From Myxococcota bacterium (GTDB taxonomy: Bacteria; Myxococcota; Myxococcia; Myxococcales; Myxococcaceae): DNA of 53,477 bases. The stretch covers positions 1-53,477 of the forward strand of contig JBMORE010000183.1 in the NCBI GenBank assembly GCA_049322255.1. The letters are read 5' to 3'. This document shows, one piece after another, positions 38,597 through 48,230 of this stretch; the first letter of the stretch is position 1, and every line of letters starts with the position of its first letter. The position numbers and the translations under genes are program-made. Below the pieces are notes generated by a model. The model did not search any database. It saw only the letters and a list, made by a program, of their open reading frames with translations, and was not told where the DNA came from.

Positions 38597-40135
38597 ATGC
38601 GAATCGCTCTGCTTCGCCTTTCGAGGTTCGGCCTCGCCATGAGCGTGCTGTCCCTAGGATGTTACGAAGACGCATGGAAACGGCTCGAGTGCGATACGGA
38701 CGAAGAGTGCAAGAGCCGTCTTCGGGTAGAGGAGCGCGAAACGAACATCACTTGGTGCGACAGGGTGATGAAGCCGCGACCCGGTGGGCGAGGAATCTGT
38801 CTAAAGGAGCCTCGAGATGGTGGCGGTGCGGATGTCGACGCCGGAGAGGAGGAGTTACGAACAGATGCAGGGACGGTCGACGGTGGCGCTCAGGACGGCG
38901 GAGCAGACGATGCCGGCGTTCCAGATGCGGGCGTCTGTGACCCGACGTCATGCCCCGCCGGTTGTTGTTCTGGAGGTACATGTCAAACGCCCTCGGTGTC
39001 CGCCTGTGGAGTCGGCGGAGCCGTATGCACTACCTGCGATTCCACGGTGGCCAACAACTGCACGTCGGGGACCTGCCGATGTGGTACGGGGCCGCAGTGT
39101 GCCACCACCCTGTTTTGCGCGGGCACTTTCTGCGCAGCCCACTGGACCGCGACTGGCGTGTTGAGCACAGCTCGAATGATGCATGAAGCCGTGCTCCTTA
39201 CCGACGGAAGGGTGCTCGTTGGCGGTGGGCTCGTCAGTGATTTCCCGAACGCCAGCACCGAGGTCTACAGCCCCACGACCGGAAGTTGGACATCGACCGG
39301 TGCGATGTCGATCGGCCGAGTCGCTCACAGCCTGACGACGCTCTCGAACGGAAGAGTGCTGGTGGCGGGTGGGGACGCCTATGGCCCGAGCTTCCTTTCG
39401 AGCGCGCAGACATATGACCCGACAACGGGGAGCTGGACGAATACTGGCGCCCTTGCGGGTCCACGCCGCGAGCACACTGCGACGCTTCTAGGGAATGGGC
39501 GCGTACTCGTCGCAGGCGGTCAGAGCGCATTCGGAGCGCCCCTTTCGACCTGCGAGATCTACAATCCGACCACGGGAACGTGGACCGCTACTGGTTCGAT
39601 GACGACCCCGCGAAACGGACACTCGGCAACGCTCCTGTTAGATGGTCGCGTCCTCGTTGCCGGAGGCTACAGCACAGGAACTGCATTCGCTCTGGCGGAG
39701 ATCTACAACCCCAGTACGGGAACGTGGGCGTCGGTCGGGGCGATGGCTGCAGCAAGATCCGGTCACAAAGCCGTACGCCTTACCGATGGTCGAGTCCTTG
39801 TCGTTTCCGGAGGCACGGTGACCGCGGAGATCTTCGATCCTTCGTCGCTCACGTGGAAGACAACTGCCGCGCTGCCGAATCCGCCCAGTCGTCGCGTGGT
39901 GACTGCTACTCTCTTGAACGACGGGAAAGTGCTCGTCGCTGGAGGAATCGACCCCAGTAACAACTACATCGGTCTATCTGATGTCTTTGATCCACAAACG
40001 GAAAGCTGGCGTTCCGGCGGCTCGATGAATGTTCCGCGTTACTGGCACACGGCGACAAAGCTCACGGACGGGCGGGTGATCATCTCCGGAGGTCACAACG
40101 GCAACTACCTATCGAGCGTCGAGGTCTATCAATAG
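38597..40135 (+). CDS. Kelch-repeat (7-blade) lipoprotein with Cys-rich N-terminal region
   Basis: LSLGC lipobox, DAG/DGG linker, Cys-rich repeats, seven R..H.AT.L.DGRVLV.GG repeats. Confidence 0.9.
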   Translation: MRIALLRLSRFGLAMSVLSLGCYEDAWKRLECDTDEECKSRLRVEERETNITWCDRVMKPRPGGRGICLKEPRDGGGADVDAGEEELRTDAGTVDGGAQDGGADDAGVPDAGVCDPTSCPAGCCSGGTCQTPSVSACGVGGAVCTTCDSTVANNCTSGTCRCGTGPQCATTLFCAGTFCAAHWTATGVLSTARMMHEAVLLTDGRVLVGGGLVSDFPNASTEVYSPTTGSWTSTGAMSIGRVAHSLTTLSNGRVLVAGGDAYGPSFLSSAQTYDPTTGSWTNTGALAGPRREHTATLLGNGRVLVAGGQSAFGAPLSTCEIYNPTTGTWTATGSMTTPRNGHSATLLLDGRVLVAGGYSTGTAFALAEIYNPSTGTWASVGAMAAARSGHKAVRLTDGRVLVVSGGTVTAEIFDPSSLTWKTTAALPNPPSRRVVTATLLNDGKVLVAGGIDPSNNYIGLSDVFDPQTESWRSGGSMNVPRYWHTATKLTDGRVIISGGHNGNYLSSVEVYQ

Positions 40136-40142
40136 CGGCCGT

Positions 40143-41423
40143 ATGATTCCTCTCGTGCGAAAGATCTTCTCCGTTCTCATCTTTGGTCTTGCCGCATGTC
40201 ATCAAGCTGCAACGCCAAACTCGCCGGTCGCAGAGTCGGCGTCGTCGGCCCTCGACGGAGGCGCCTGCGCGACGCTGAACCAATGCGGCACCACATGTCG
40301 GGCATGCGACGCGCTCGTTTCGGATGTCTGCTGGAATGGTGCTTGCTCGTGCGGTCTAGGCTCTGCCTGTTCCAGCGGGTCCTACTGCTCGGCGGGACAG
40401 TGCATCGCCGTTTCAGCAAGCTCGACCGGCTCGATGTCGACACCGAGGTTCATGCACAGCGCGACACTTCTCGCGGGAGATCGAGTCCTGGTTGCGGGGG
40501 GCAGGAGCTCAATCGGCGCGCAAGCTTCCGCCGAGGTGTTTTCAGCGAGCGCAGGGACGTGGACAGGCGCTCCGTCGATGGCCACGGCGAGGTTCCAGCA
40601 CAGCGCCACAGCTCTGATCGACGGTCGTGTTTTGGTGGCCGGGGGATACGGTGAGGGCCCGCTCTCGTCCGCGGAGCTGTTTGACCCCGTTTCGAATATG
40701 TGGTCCTCCGCACCCGCCATGAACCATCCGAGGTATGGGCACTCGGCGGTTCGGCTCGCCGACGGCCGCGTGCTCGTCACGGGAGGCGGACCAACGGCCA
40801 CCCAACGACAGTCCGCGGAGCTCTTTGACCCTGGTACCCAGACCTGGATGCCAGGGGGCACGATGAGCGTTCCTCGTTCGTGGCACACCTCGATCTTGCT
40901 CCCCGATGGCCGTGTGTTGATCGGTGGCGGCATCGCTGATGCGACTGCTCATTCCAGTTGCGAAATCTACGATCCGATGGCTCAAGCGTGGAGTGCGACT
41001 GGATCACTCGCCAGCGCGCGCGGTTTTCACACCGCGACGATACTGCCTTCTGGGCAGGTCCTCGTCGTCGGAGGAGCCAACGGCGGCCTGGGCACGGGTA
41101 TCGATCTCAGCAGTGCCGAGCGGTTCGACCCCGCTACGGGTGCGTGGGCCGCTGCCGGAACGCTCGCCATGGGTCGACGTTTCCACACTGCGTCCAATCG
41201 GGCAGGTGAGGTGTTGGTGGTAGGGGGTGTCAACACCAGACTCGGTCTCACTGTGGCGACCGCGGAGCGTTACGACACCGCCTCGGGGACGTGGTCGCTC
41301 GCGGGAGCGCTCATTTCGCCTCGTGCCGCTCACAGCTCCGTCGTACTGTCAGCCGGCGACGTTCTCGTGATGGGCGGGACAGATACTCGCGCCCCATCGT
41401 CTTCCGCCGAGCGACTTCCCTGA
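40143..41423 (+). CDS. Kelch-repeat (7-blade) lipoprotein
   Basis: LAAC lipobox, short Cys-rich domain, seven Kelch repeats. Confidence 0.9.
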   Translation: MIPLVRKIFSVLIFGLAACHQAATPNSPVAESASSALDGGACATLNQCGTTCRACDALVSDVCWNGACSCGLGSACSSGSYCSAGQCIAVSASSTGSMSTPRFMHSATLLAGDRVLVAGGRSSIGAQASAEVFSASAGTWTGAPSMATARFQHSATALIDGRVLVAGGYGEGPLSSAELFDPVSNMWSSAPAMNHPRYGHSAVRLADGRVLVTGGGPTATQRQSAELFDPGTQTWMPGGTMSVPRSWHTSILLPDGRVLIGGGIADATAHSSCEIYDPMAQAWSATGSLASARGFHTATILPSGQVLVVGGANGGLGTGIDLSSAERFDPATGAWAAAGTLAMGRRFHTASNRAGEVLVVGGVNTRLGLTVATAERYDTASGTWSLAGALISPRAAHSSVVLSAGDVLVMGGTDTRAPSSSAERLP

Positions 41424-41441
41424 GGATTTCGCCGGGACGGC

Positions 41442-41813
41442 CTACTGGGAGACCAACGCGTCGAGCACGCACGCCGCTCCCATGCTGGTGGCCATCGCGC
41501 TGCCTTGGTAGGTCAAGACTTGGGCGTCGGCGGAGAGCTTGCTCGGCGCGCCCTGAGTGATGCTGAACACGGTGGCGGCGGTCACCAGGCCGACCAGCCC
41601 GAGCATTGTGCAGCCACGCAGCTGCCAAAGGCGCTTGTCGCCGTAGAGGTCGGGGTCGGGCTTTCCCAACTCGCGCACCGCCGCGGGCGTCTCCTCGTCG
41701 AGTGGGGAAGGGGAGGAGGGTGCTGCGCTGCCTCCACCCGAGCCGTAAAGCCGTGCACTCGTTCCTGCGCAGCCCATGAGAAGGGCCACTCCCGCCGCCG
41801 CCACCCCACGCAT
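41442..41813 (-). CDS. Hypothetical lipoprotein
   Basis: MRGVAAAGVALLMGC lipobox-like start; hydrophobic C-terminal segments. Confidence 0.5.
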   Translation of the reverse strand: MRGVAAAGVALLMGCAGTSARLYGSGGGSAAPSSPSPLDEETPAAVRELGKPDPDLYGDKRLWQLRGCTMLGLVGLVTAATVFSITQGAPSKLSADAQVLTYQGSAMATSMGAACVLDALVSQ

Positions 41814-41890
41814 GGGAAGGACAGTGGGGTCGTCTCCATAGACACCAAGCCGTACCGGCGGCCGCAACGCTGTTCATTGGTGGGCGAAAG

Positions 41891-42175
41891 CTACTCCGTC
41901 AGCCGAGTGACGTAGCCCGCCCGCTCGCCGAAGGCCAAGAGCTCACCGGCCGAGCGCGGAAAGGGCTCGGGGGTGGCGGCCTTCTTGTTGTGCAGCTTCA
42001 CCACCTGCTCCCAGAAGGCGTGGTCGCTCAAGGCCTTCATCGCCAGCCGCGCGGCGAGCGGAGCGCGCTTTTCGACTTCTTTGCGAAACCTCTTGGCCAG
42101 CTCTGCCTCGTCTTTTCCCGAAATCACCTCGTCCACGTCGACGGGGCCGGCGTGAATGCGTATGCGCACCCTCAT
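41891..42175 (-). CDS. Hypothetical protein
   Basis: ATG 42175 coupled to the upstream stop; good codon bias. Confidence 0.65.
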   Translation of the reverse strand: MRVRIRIHAGPVDVDEVISGKDEAELAKRFRKEVEKRAPLAARLAMKALSDHAFWEQVVKLHNKKAATPEPFPRSAGELLAFGERAGYVTRLTE

Positions 42176-42480
42176 AGCCGGCAGGTCCCCTCGACGCAGA
42201 AGAGTCGGTGACAGCAGTCCTCCGGCCCGTCGCAGGCCTTGCCCACCCCGTGGCAGCAGACGCCGCCGGCATCGGGAGAGAGGCGCTCGCACTGAAAATC
42301 GGCGCAGCACACGTCGCGCTGGCCGCATGGCTCCCCGCCGGCGGCGAGGCCGGCTTCGGCGCAGTAGTTTTGAAACTCGCTGCGCAGATCAGAGCAGCCG
42401 CCCATGCCGATGGCCGCCCACTCGAACAGCACGCCGGCGAGCAACCTTCGCGCCTGGCGCTGGACGAGAAAGCGAATCAC
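42172..42480 (-). CDS. Small Cys-rich putative lipoprotein
   Basis: MGGC followed by two C..CC..C knottin-like modules; start uncertain. Confidence 0.6.
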   Translation of the reverse strand: MIRFLVQRQARRLLAGVLFEWAAIGMGGCSDLRSEFQNYCAEAGLAAGGEPCGQRDVCCADFQCERLSPDAGGVCCHGVGKACDGPEDCCHRLFCVEGTCRL

Positions 42481-42553
42481 CCGGCGCACTATGGCACACC
42501 CTCTGAGGTATAAGGCCGCGCTTCGAGGACGAAACCTCCCCAAGGAGCCCGCT

Positions 42554-44842
42554 TTGGCCAACCCGAACACCGAGACCGAGACGAGCGAGACGTTCTTCGA
42601 GGCGATTCTGGGCAAGGGCGTGCGTGATGTAGAGCCGGTGAAGCGTTTTCTTTCCTTGCCTGCCGACTGGCGGGTGGCGATGGCCGCTGCCGCATTCGCC
42701 GGGCTGCTCTTCATTCCCTACCTCGGCGCGGTCGGCTTGTGGGACCCGTGGGAAACCCACTACGGCGAAGTGGCGCGGGAGATGATTCAGCGCAACGACT
42801 ACGTGCACCCGTACTGGGAGAACGCGTGGTTCTTCTCCAAGCCCGTCTTCACCATGTGGCTGCAGGCGCTGGGCATGCAGTTGGTGGGCACCTTACGCAC
42901 CGAAGGCGCGCTGGGGCTGTACACCGAGTGGGGGTTTCGCCTGCCCTTCGCCCTCTTCTCCATTCTCGCGGTGACGCTCCTCTCCTACGCCGTCTCGCGG
43001 GTGGTGAGCCGGCGCGCTGGGCTGGCGACGGGCTTCGTGCTCGCGACCATGCCGCTCTACTTCCTCATCAGCCGGCAGGCGGTGACCGACACCCCGATGC
43101 TGAGCGCGATGATCTGCGCGCTCGCTTGCGCGCTCGTCGGTCACCTCGACAAGAAGAGCCAGCACCGCGCCGCCTGGTGGTACGGGTTCTACGTCTTCTG
43201 CGGATTCGGCACGCTGGCCAAAGGGATTCTCGGGGTCGGGGTGCCGGCGGTCATTCTTCTGTCGTACGCGGTGCTTTGCGTCATCCCTTGGGACCTCCAG
43301 AGCCTCGAAGACCATGCGCGTTGGCTGTTCGACGGCAAGTTTCACCGCGAGGTGAACGAGGGCAAACGGCCGATGCCGGTGTTGTGGGCGCAGCTCTATG
43401 AGATGCGGCTGCTCACCGGGGTCGGAGTGTGGGCGCTCATCACCCTGCCCTGGTACGTCCGCATGTTCCTCTTCGAGAGCGTGGACGACGAAGGCAAGCT
43501 CTTCTGGTACCGCTTCCTCATCCACGACCACTTGAGCCGCCTGGGCGCCGGGGTGCACACCACCACGCCCGGAGGCAGCTTCACCTACTTCATCGAGCAG
43601 GGCGGGTACGCCATCTTTCCCTGGGTGGCGCTCTTGCCCGGAGCGATGGTGGTGGTGACGCGGCTGCGCCTGCGCTCGAAAGACGGAGCCGACCACCTGG
43701 GAGTCATCGCCGTGCTGTGGCTGGCGATCACCTTCGGACTCATCGGGGCCTCGGCGACCAAGTTCCACCACTACGTCTTGCCGATGCTGCCGCCGCTCGC
43801 GGTGCTCATGGGCCTGTTCATCGACCGGCTGTGGAGCGAGGGCGTCTCCAAGCATGGCGTGAGCCTGCTGTTCGGCGTGCCGCTCTTCGCGCTGGTGGGC
43901 AAAGACCTCGCCTCCAACACCAAGAATTTCACCGACCTCTTCGTCTACAACTATGACCGCCCATACCCCTTCGATCTCGTGCAGCGCTCGCTCGCGCTCT
44001 TCAATGGCCGGGCGCTGTGGATGGGCGATTTGCTCGCGGTCGTATTGCTCGGCCTGGGCGGTTACCTGATCTTCGAGACTTTTGCCAACAAGTCGCGCTC
44101 GTCGCTGTCGCGCGCGGGAGCGCTGTTTTTGACCCTCACCGGAGCTGCTGTCCTTCTCACCGTTGCCACCCGCGGAGCGGTTTCGCCCACTCTCTTCGTC
44201 GGGCTGGGGTTGGCGCTGGTGGCACTGTTCCTCGCGTACGAGGCGATGCGGCCCGTGTGCGAGACGAAATACTTCCTCTACACGCTGGCCGCGGGAGTGG
44301 GGGTGGCCGCGATGGGGTTTGTCGGCGCTGGCGTCACCAGCAACGCTGCGCAAGATCCGCTCTTGGCCCTGCTCACCGAGGCGGTGAACACCAAGCGGGC
44401 GCTGGGGTTTGCCTTCGCCGCCGCCGGCGTGCTCGCTGCCACCGCTGCCTTGATGCGGGCGAAGGTGGTGCTCTTTGGCAGCTTCTGGGCCTTCGCCTGC
44501 GCCTTCGCCCTCTGGTTCAACTGGTCGCACTGGGTCGACCTATCCCACCACTGGACGCAGCGCGACCAGTTCTGGCGCTACTACGAGCAACGCAAGGAGG
44601 GCGAGCCGATCACCGCCTTCTTGATGAACTGGCGCGGTGAGACTTTCTATTCACGGAACACGGTGAAGCAGATCAAAGACAATGGCCGGCTCTTCGAGTA
44701 CGCCAACCAGCCGGGCCGCGAGTGGGCGCTGGTGGAGCACAACCGCTTGGGCATCCTCAAACAGGCGGTGGGCCCCGACAAGACGGTCAACCTCGTGGAG
44801 CGCGAGCTGAACAATAAGTTCGTGCTCGTGACCATCGACTAG
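42554..44842 (+). CDS. ArnT/PMT-like (GT-C fold) membrane glycosyltransferase
   Basis: LWDPWETHYGEVAREM, FSKP, TDTP, LAKG and TKFHHYVLP motifs; AAGGAG SD then TTG. Confidence 0.88.
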   Translation: MANPNTETETSETFFEAILGKGVRDVEPVKRFLSLPADWRVAMAAAAFAGLLFIPYLGAVGLWDPWETHYGEVAREMIQRNDYVHPYWENAWFFSKPVFTMWLQALGMQLVGTLRTEGALGLYTEWGFRLPFALFSILAVTLLSYAVSRVVSRRAGLATGFVLATMPLYFLISRQAVTDTPMLSAMICALACALVGHLDKKSQHRAAWWYGFYVFCGFGTLAKGILGVGVPAVILLSYAVLCVIPWDLQSLEDHARWLFDGKFHREVNEGKRPMPVLWAQLYEMRLLTGVGVWALITLPWYVRMFLFESVDDEGKLFWYRFLIHDHLSRLGAGVHTTTPGGSFTYFIEQGGYAIFPWVALLPGAMVVVTRLRLRSKDGADHLGVIAVLWLAITFGLIGASATKFHHYVLPMLPPLAVLMGLFIDRLWSEGVSKHGVSLLFGVPLFALVGKDLASNTKNFTDLFVYNYDRPYPFDLVQRSLALFNGRALWMGDLLAVVLLGLGGYLIFETFANKSRSSLSRAGALFLTLTGAAVLLTVATRGAVSPTLFVGLGLALVALFLAYEAMRPVCETKYFLYTLAAGVGVAAMGFVGAGVTSNAAQDPLLALLTEAVNTKRALGFAFAAAGVLAATAALMRAKVVLFGSFWAFACAFALWFNWSHWVDLSHHWTQRDQFWRYYEQRKEGEPITAFLMNWRGETFYSRNTVKQIKDNGRLFEYANQPGREWALVEHNRLGILKQAVGPDKTVNLVERELNNKFVLVTID

Positions 44843-44845
44843 CCT

Positions 44846-45766
44846 GTGGACGGGATTGAAGTCGTCGCCCTGGCCAAACGCTTCGGCGCTCGGACCGCGG
44901 TCGAGGGCCTCTCCTTCGAGGTGCGGCAGGGGGAGGTCTTCGGTCTATTGGGTCCCAACGGGGCGGGGAAGACGACCACCGTCCGCATGCTCAGCGCCCT
45001 GCTTTCGCCGTCGGAAGGAGAGGCGCGGGTGTGCGGCCTCTCGCTCCGGGAGGATGGCGAGCGCCTGCGCCAGGTGGTGGGGCTGTTGACCGAGCATCCG
45101 GGCCTCTACGACCGGCTCTCGGGAAAAGAGAACCTGCTCTTCTTCATCAAGCTCAACGAGCTGGACGAGCGCAAGGCCTGGCCGCGGGCGGAGCATTACC
45201 TGGCGCGCTTTGGCCTGGCTGGCCGCGAGCACGACGCCTGCGGCACCTATTCGAAGGGCATGCGGCAGAAGCTCGCCATCGTGCGAGCGCTGGTGCACGA
45301 CCCCAAGGTCATCTTCCTCGACGAGCCGACCTCGGGCCTCGACCCCGAGAGCGCCCGCACCGTGCGCGACGCGGTGGCCGAGCTCGCCGCCGAGGGGCGC
45401 ACCATCGTCCTGTGCTCCCACAACCTGGTCGAGGTGGAACGGCTGTGCGCGAGGGTGGCGGTGGTGAAGAACCGGCTGCTCAGGGTGGCCGAAGTCTCGG
45501 AGCTTCGGCGCGAAGGCTTCGCCCTCGAGCTGACGGTGGAAGGGGAGGCTGCCCGCTACCTCGCGCCGGTGCGAGCGCTGCCGTTTGCGCCCACCTCGTC
45601 CGCGCAAGGCCGGCTGTTGAAGGTGCTCCTCTCCAACGAAGAGCAGGCGCCCGAGGTGGTGGCGGCCCTGGTGCGCGCCGGAGCGAGAGTCTACGCCGCC
45701 CACCGCGCCACCCGGCCGCTCGAAGAGGTGTACCTCGAGCTGGTGCGAGAGGAGACAGCCCCGTGA
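44846..45766 (+). CDS. ABC transporter ATP-binding protein
   Basis: GPNGAGKTT, YSKGMRQK and FLDEPTSGLD motifs. Confidence 0.95.
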   Translation: MDGIEVVALAKRFGARTAVEGLSFEVRQGEVFGLLGPNGAGKTTTVRMLSALLSPSEGEARVCGLSLREDGERLRQVVGLLTEHPGLYDRLSGKENLLFFIKLNELDERKAWPRAEHYLARFGLAGREHDACGTYSKGMRQKLAIVRALVHDPKVIFLDEPTSGLDPESARTVRDAVAELAAEGRTIVLCSHNLVEVERLCARVAVVKNRLLRVAEVSELRREGFALELTVEGEAARYLAPVRALPFAPTSSAQGRLLKVLLSNEEQAPEVVAALVRAGARVYAAHRATRPLEEVYLELVREETAP

Positions 45767-46572
45767 GCTTGGGTGGCTTTCGCCTCCGCCGCGCCCTGGC
45801 GGTGTTCTGGAAGGACTTCCTCGACCTCACCAAGAACAAGGGGCTCATCGCCTCGCTCCTGGCGTTGCCGGCGGTGCTGGTGGTGGTGCCGGCGGGCGTC
45901 GTCTACGGCTACGTGCGCAACCCCCACGACCCCGCGCTGCGGACGATGGCGCTCTACTACGAGCCCGCCCTCGACGCCTCGGTGAACGCGGCGCGATTCT
46001 TGGTCGACAAGGCGCTCACCGATTGGTTCAGCCTCTACTTGGTGATGCCGGTGTTCGTGCCCATCCTCATCTCCAGCCACGCGGTCGCGGGCGAGAAGGA
46101 GCGCCGCACCTTGGAGCCCTTGCTCGCCTCGCCCATCTCCGCCGCCGAGCTGGTGGTGGGAAAAAGCCTCGCTTCCCTGGTGCCTGCCTACGGCATTTCT
46201 CTGGTGGCCTTCGCCTTGATGTGCGTGGCCGTGGACTGGGTGGCCTGGCCGCTGGCTCAGGAGCTGGTGATGCCCAACGGCATGTGGCTCTTCGGGGTGG
46301 TGGTCATCGCGCCCTTGTTCGCTTTCTTCGGCAACGGAGTGGCGGTGCTCATCTCCGCGCGGGTGGGTGATGCGCGACTGGCGCAGCAGCTCTCCGGCCT
46401 GGTGGTGTTGCCCTTGGTGGGGCTGGCCGCGGGGCAGATCGCCGGCTTCTTGCGCGCGGGCACCGGCTACTACGCCCTCCAGGGAGCGATCGTGCTCGTC
46501 GCCGACGTCGTCTTGATCATCGCCGCGGTGCGCCTGTTCGACCGCGAGCGGCTGATCAGCCGGTGGACGTGA
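45763..46572 (+). CDS. ABC-2 type transporter permease
   Basis: GEKERRTLEPLLASP motif; about 6 TM. Confidence 0.9.
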   Translation: MSLGGFRLRRALAVFWKDFLDLTKNKGLIASLLALPAVLVVVPAGVVYGYVRNPHDPALRTMALYYEPALDASVNAARFLVDKALTDWFSLYLVMPVFVPILISSHAVAGEKERRTLEPLLASPISAAELVVGKSLASLVPAYGISLVAFALMCVAVDWVAWPLAQELVMPNGMWLFGVVVIAPLFAFFGNGVAVLISARVGDARLAQQLSGLVVLPLVGLAAGQIAGFLRAGTGYYALQGAIVLVADVVLIIAAVRLFDRERLISRWT

Positions 46573-46574
46573 TG

Positions 46575-47669
46575 TCAGCTCATTCCTCGTTCGCGATGGC
46601 GCGGGTAGGGAGAGCTCCGTGGGAATCTCAATTGCGGGTCGCGGGGGACGGGTCGCCAAGGCCACTGCGTCGATCTCCAGTTCGTGGAGCAACGAAACCA
46701 CCTGGAGAAGCGTTTGACTTTCTACCCGTTCATCGACAGCAATGAGCACAGACGACGGCGGCGCGTCTCCGACGAAGGCCATCAACTCCCTATGTCGCAC
46801 CAATAGCTCAGCGAGCGTATTACGTATGCGGTCACGCTCCTTTCCTTCGAGTGCTCCGGGGAGCGGAAGCTCGGGCTCACGGGGGAGAGACAGCGCACTT
46901 CGACCAAGACTGAGCATCGGTAAGGCGTCGCTGGGCTCGCCTTCGAGCTGCGGCAGGCGAAGATCCGCTAAAGGTTCGGGGGCCTTCTGTGGCGGAACCA
47001 CGCTCAGAGCAACGCGGTAGAGAACCATCGGCGACGCGACGAAGACTGCCGCGATGCCGGTCATCACGATCGCCGACGCACTGGGCCGTCCGCGGGTGCT
47101 CACGAACGCCGAAAGGCCCGCCACGGTGGCTGCGCCAATCATCGTGCCCGCCCTCACGAATTGGCTCACGTGGGCGAACTCGCTCAGGGCGGTCGACATC
47201 GACAACTCCCAAGTCGCCGGCGCAGCGAAGGTAACTGCATCGAACAGCTCGCGCGCTGAATGTGCGAACCACGCGCTTCCTAGCGCGGTGACAACGTTTC
47301 CCAGCGCCTCGCTCAGCGCCGCGCAAAAGATAGTGCCCGCATCGGCCGGGTTGACGCTGGCGATGGCCGCGACGGCAGCGCGCATGCTTTGGTGGTGCAT
47401 CGCTTGGCCGATGAAAAGAGGAGCGGAGGCGAGAGGAAACATCACCACCCACGGGACCCGCCAGCGCAGAGCGAGGAGCAGCAGGAGCACGCACAGCCCG
47501 GCGGCGCAGAACGCGGTCACGCCCGTGGTCGCGTAGGCGCCCCATTCGGCGGCGACCCAAACCGGGCGAAGTCCTTGCCGTACACCAGCATCAAGACGCC
47601 GAACGACAGCGCCGCCAACAGCGGAGGAAGCGCCACGGTCGCGAATGGCAGTCCTCTTGGAGCAGTCAC
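46575..47669 (-). pseudogene. Frameshifted membrane protein with ExbD-like C-terminal region
   Basis: N-terminal TM (VTAPRGLPF...YGKDFARF) is in a different frame from the body (WVAAEWGAY...), switching at about 47560. No in-frame stop before it runs antisense into the ABC permease. Confidence 0.55.
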
Positions 47670-47825
47670 GCGCCGACACTACGCGGGGGACGCCGGCGAA
47701 GGAAACGTGCACCGCTTGTGTGCATATTTCATCAACAAACGAGGCATCGCCGATGCTGTTCAGAGGTGGCGCGGGTCGAGGAGTGCCGATTGTTGATGAT
47801 TTGAGCACACCAGGCGCGACGCCGC

Positions 47826-48060
47826 TCAAACGCCGAGCGCCGCCTCGAGCCGCTTGAGGACGCCAGGCCATCCCTGCTTCATTCCCTCGAACGCCTGGCG
47901 GCCCAAGGGCGAATCGAGGTGGAAGCCCTCGTGTGTCAACGAGAGCCGAGTCCCCGAGCCCTCCGGAGAAAGCCGCCAGGTGATGAGGGTGTCCAGCGTA
48001 CCTGCGGCGAATCGGTAGCGCAGCAATCGCTCCGGCTCTACCGCCAACACCTCACACGGC
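47826..48060 (-). pseudogene. SRPBCC/AHSA1-domain C-terminal fragment
   Basis: CEVLAVEPERLLRY...ITWRL.PEGSGTRLSLTHEGF...GWP; N-terminal half absent. Confidence 0.65.
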
Positions 48061-48230
48061 TGTTTGCCCTCCGACGCGTGAGGGCGCAAGGGCCACCGTG
48101 TGTGCGCGGTGGATTCATTCAGTGGTTTGGGTGTTAAGGTCGGGCCGCAATCGTAGGCCGGCTCGTACGTAGGGCTGCCGTGCGAGCGTGTTCTTCACGG
48201 CCACGCTCTCAAACGGAGGCAAGAAAAGCG

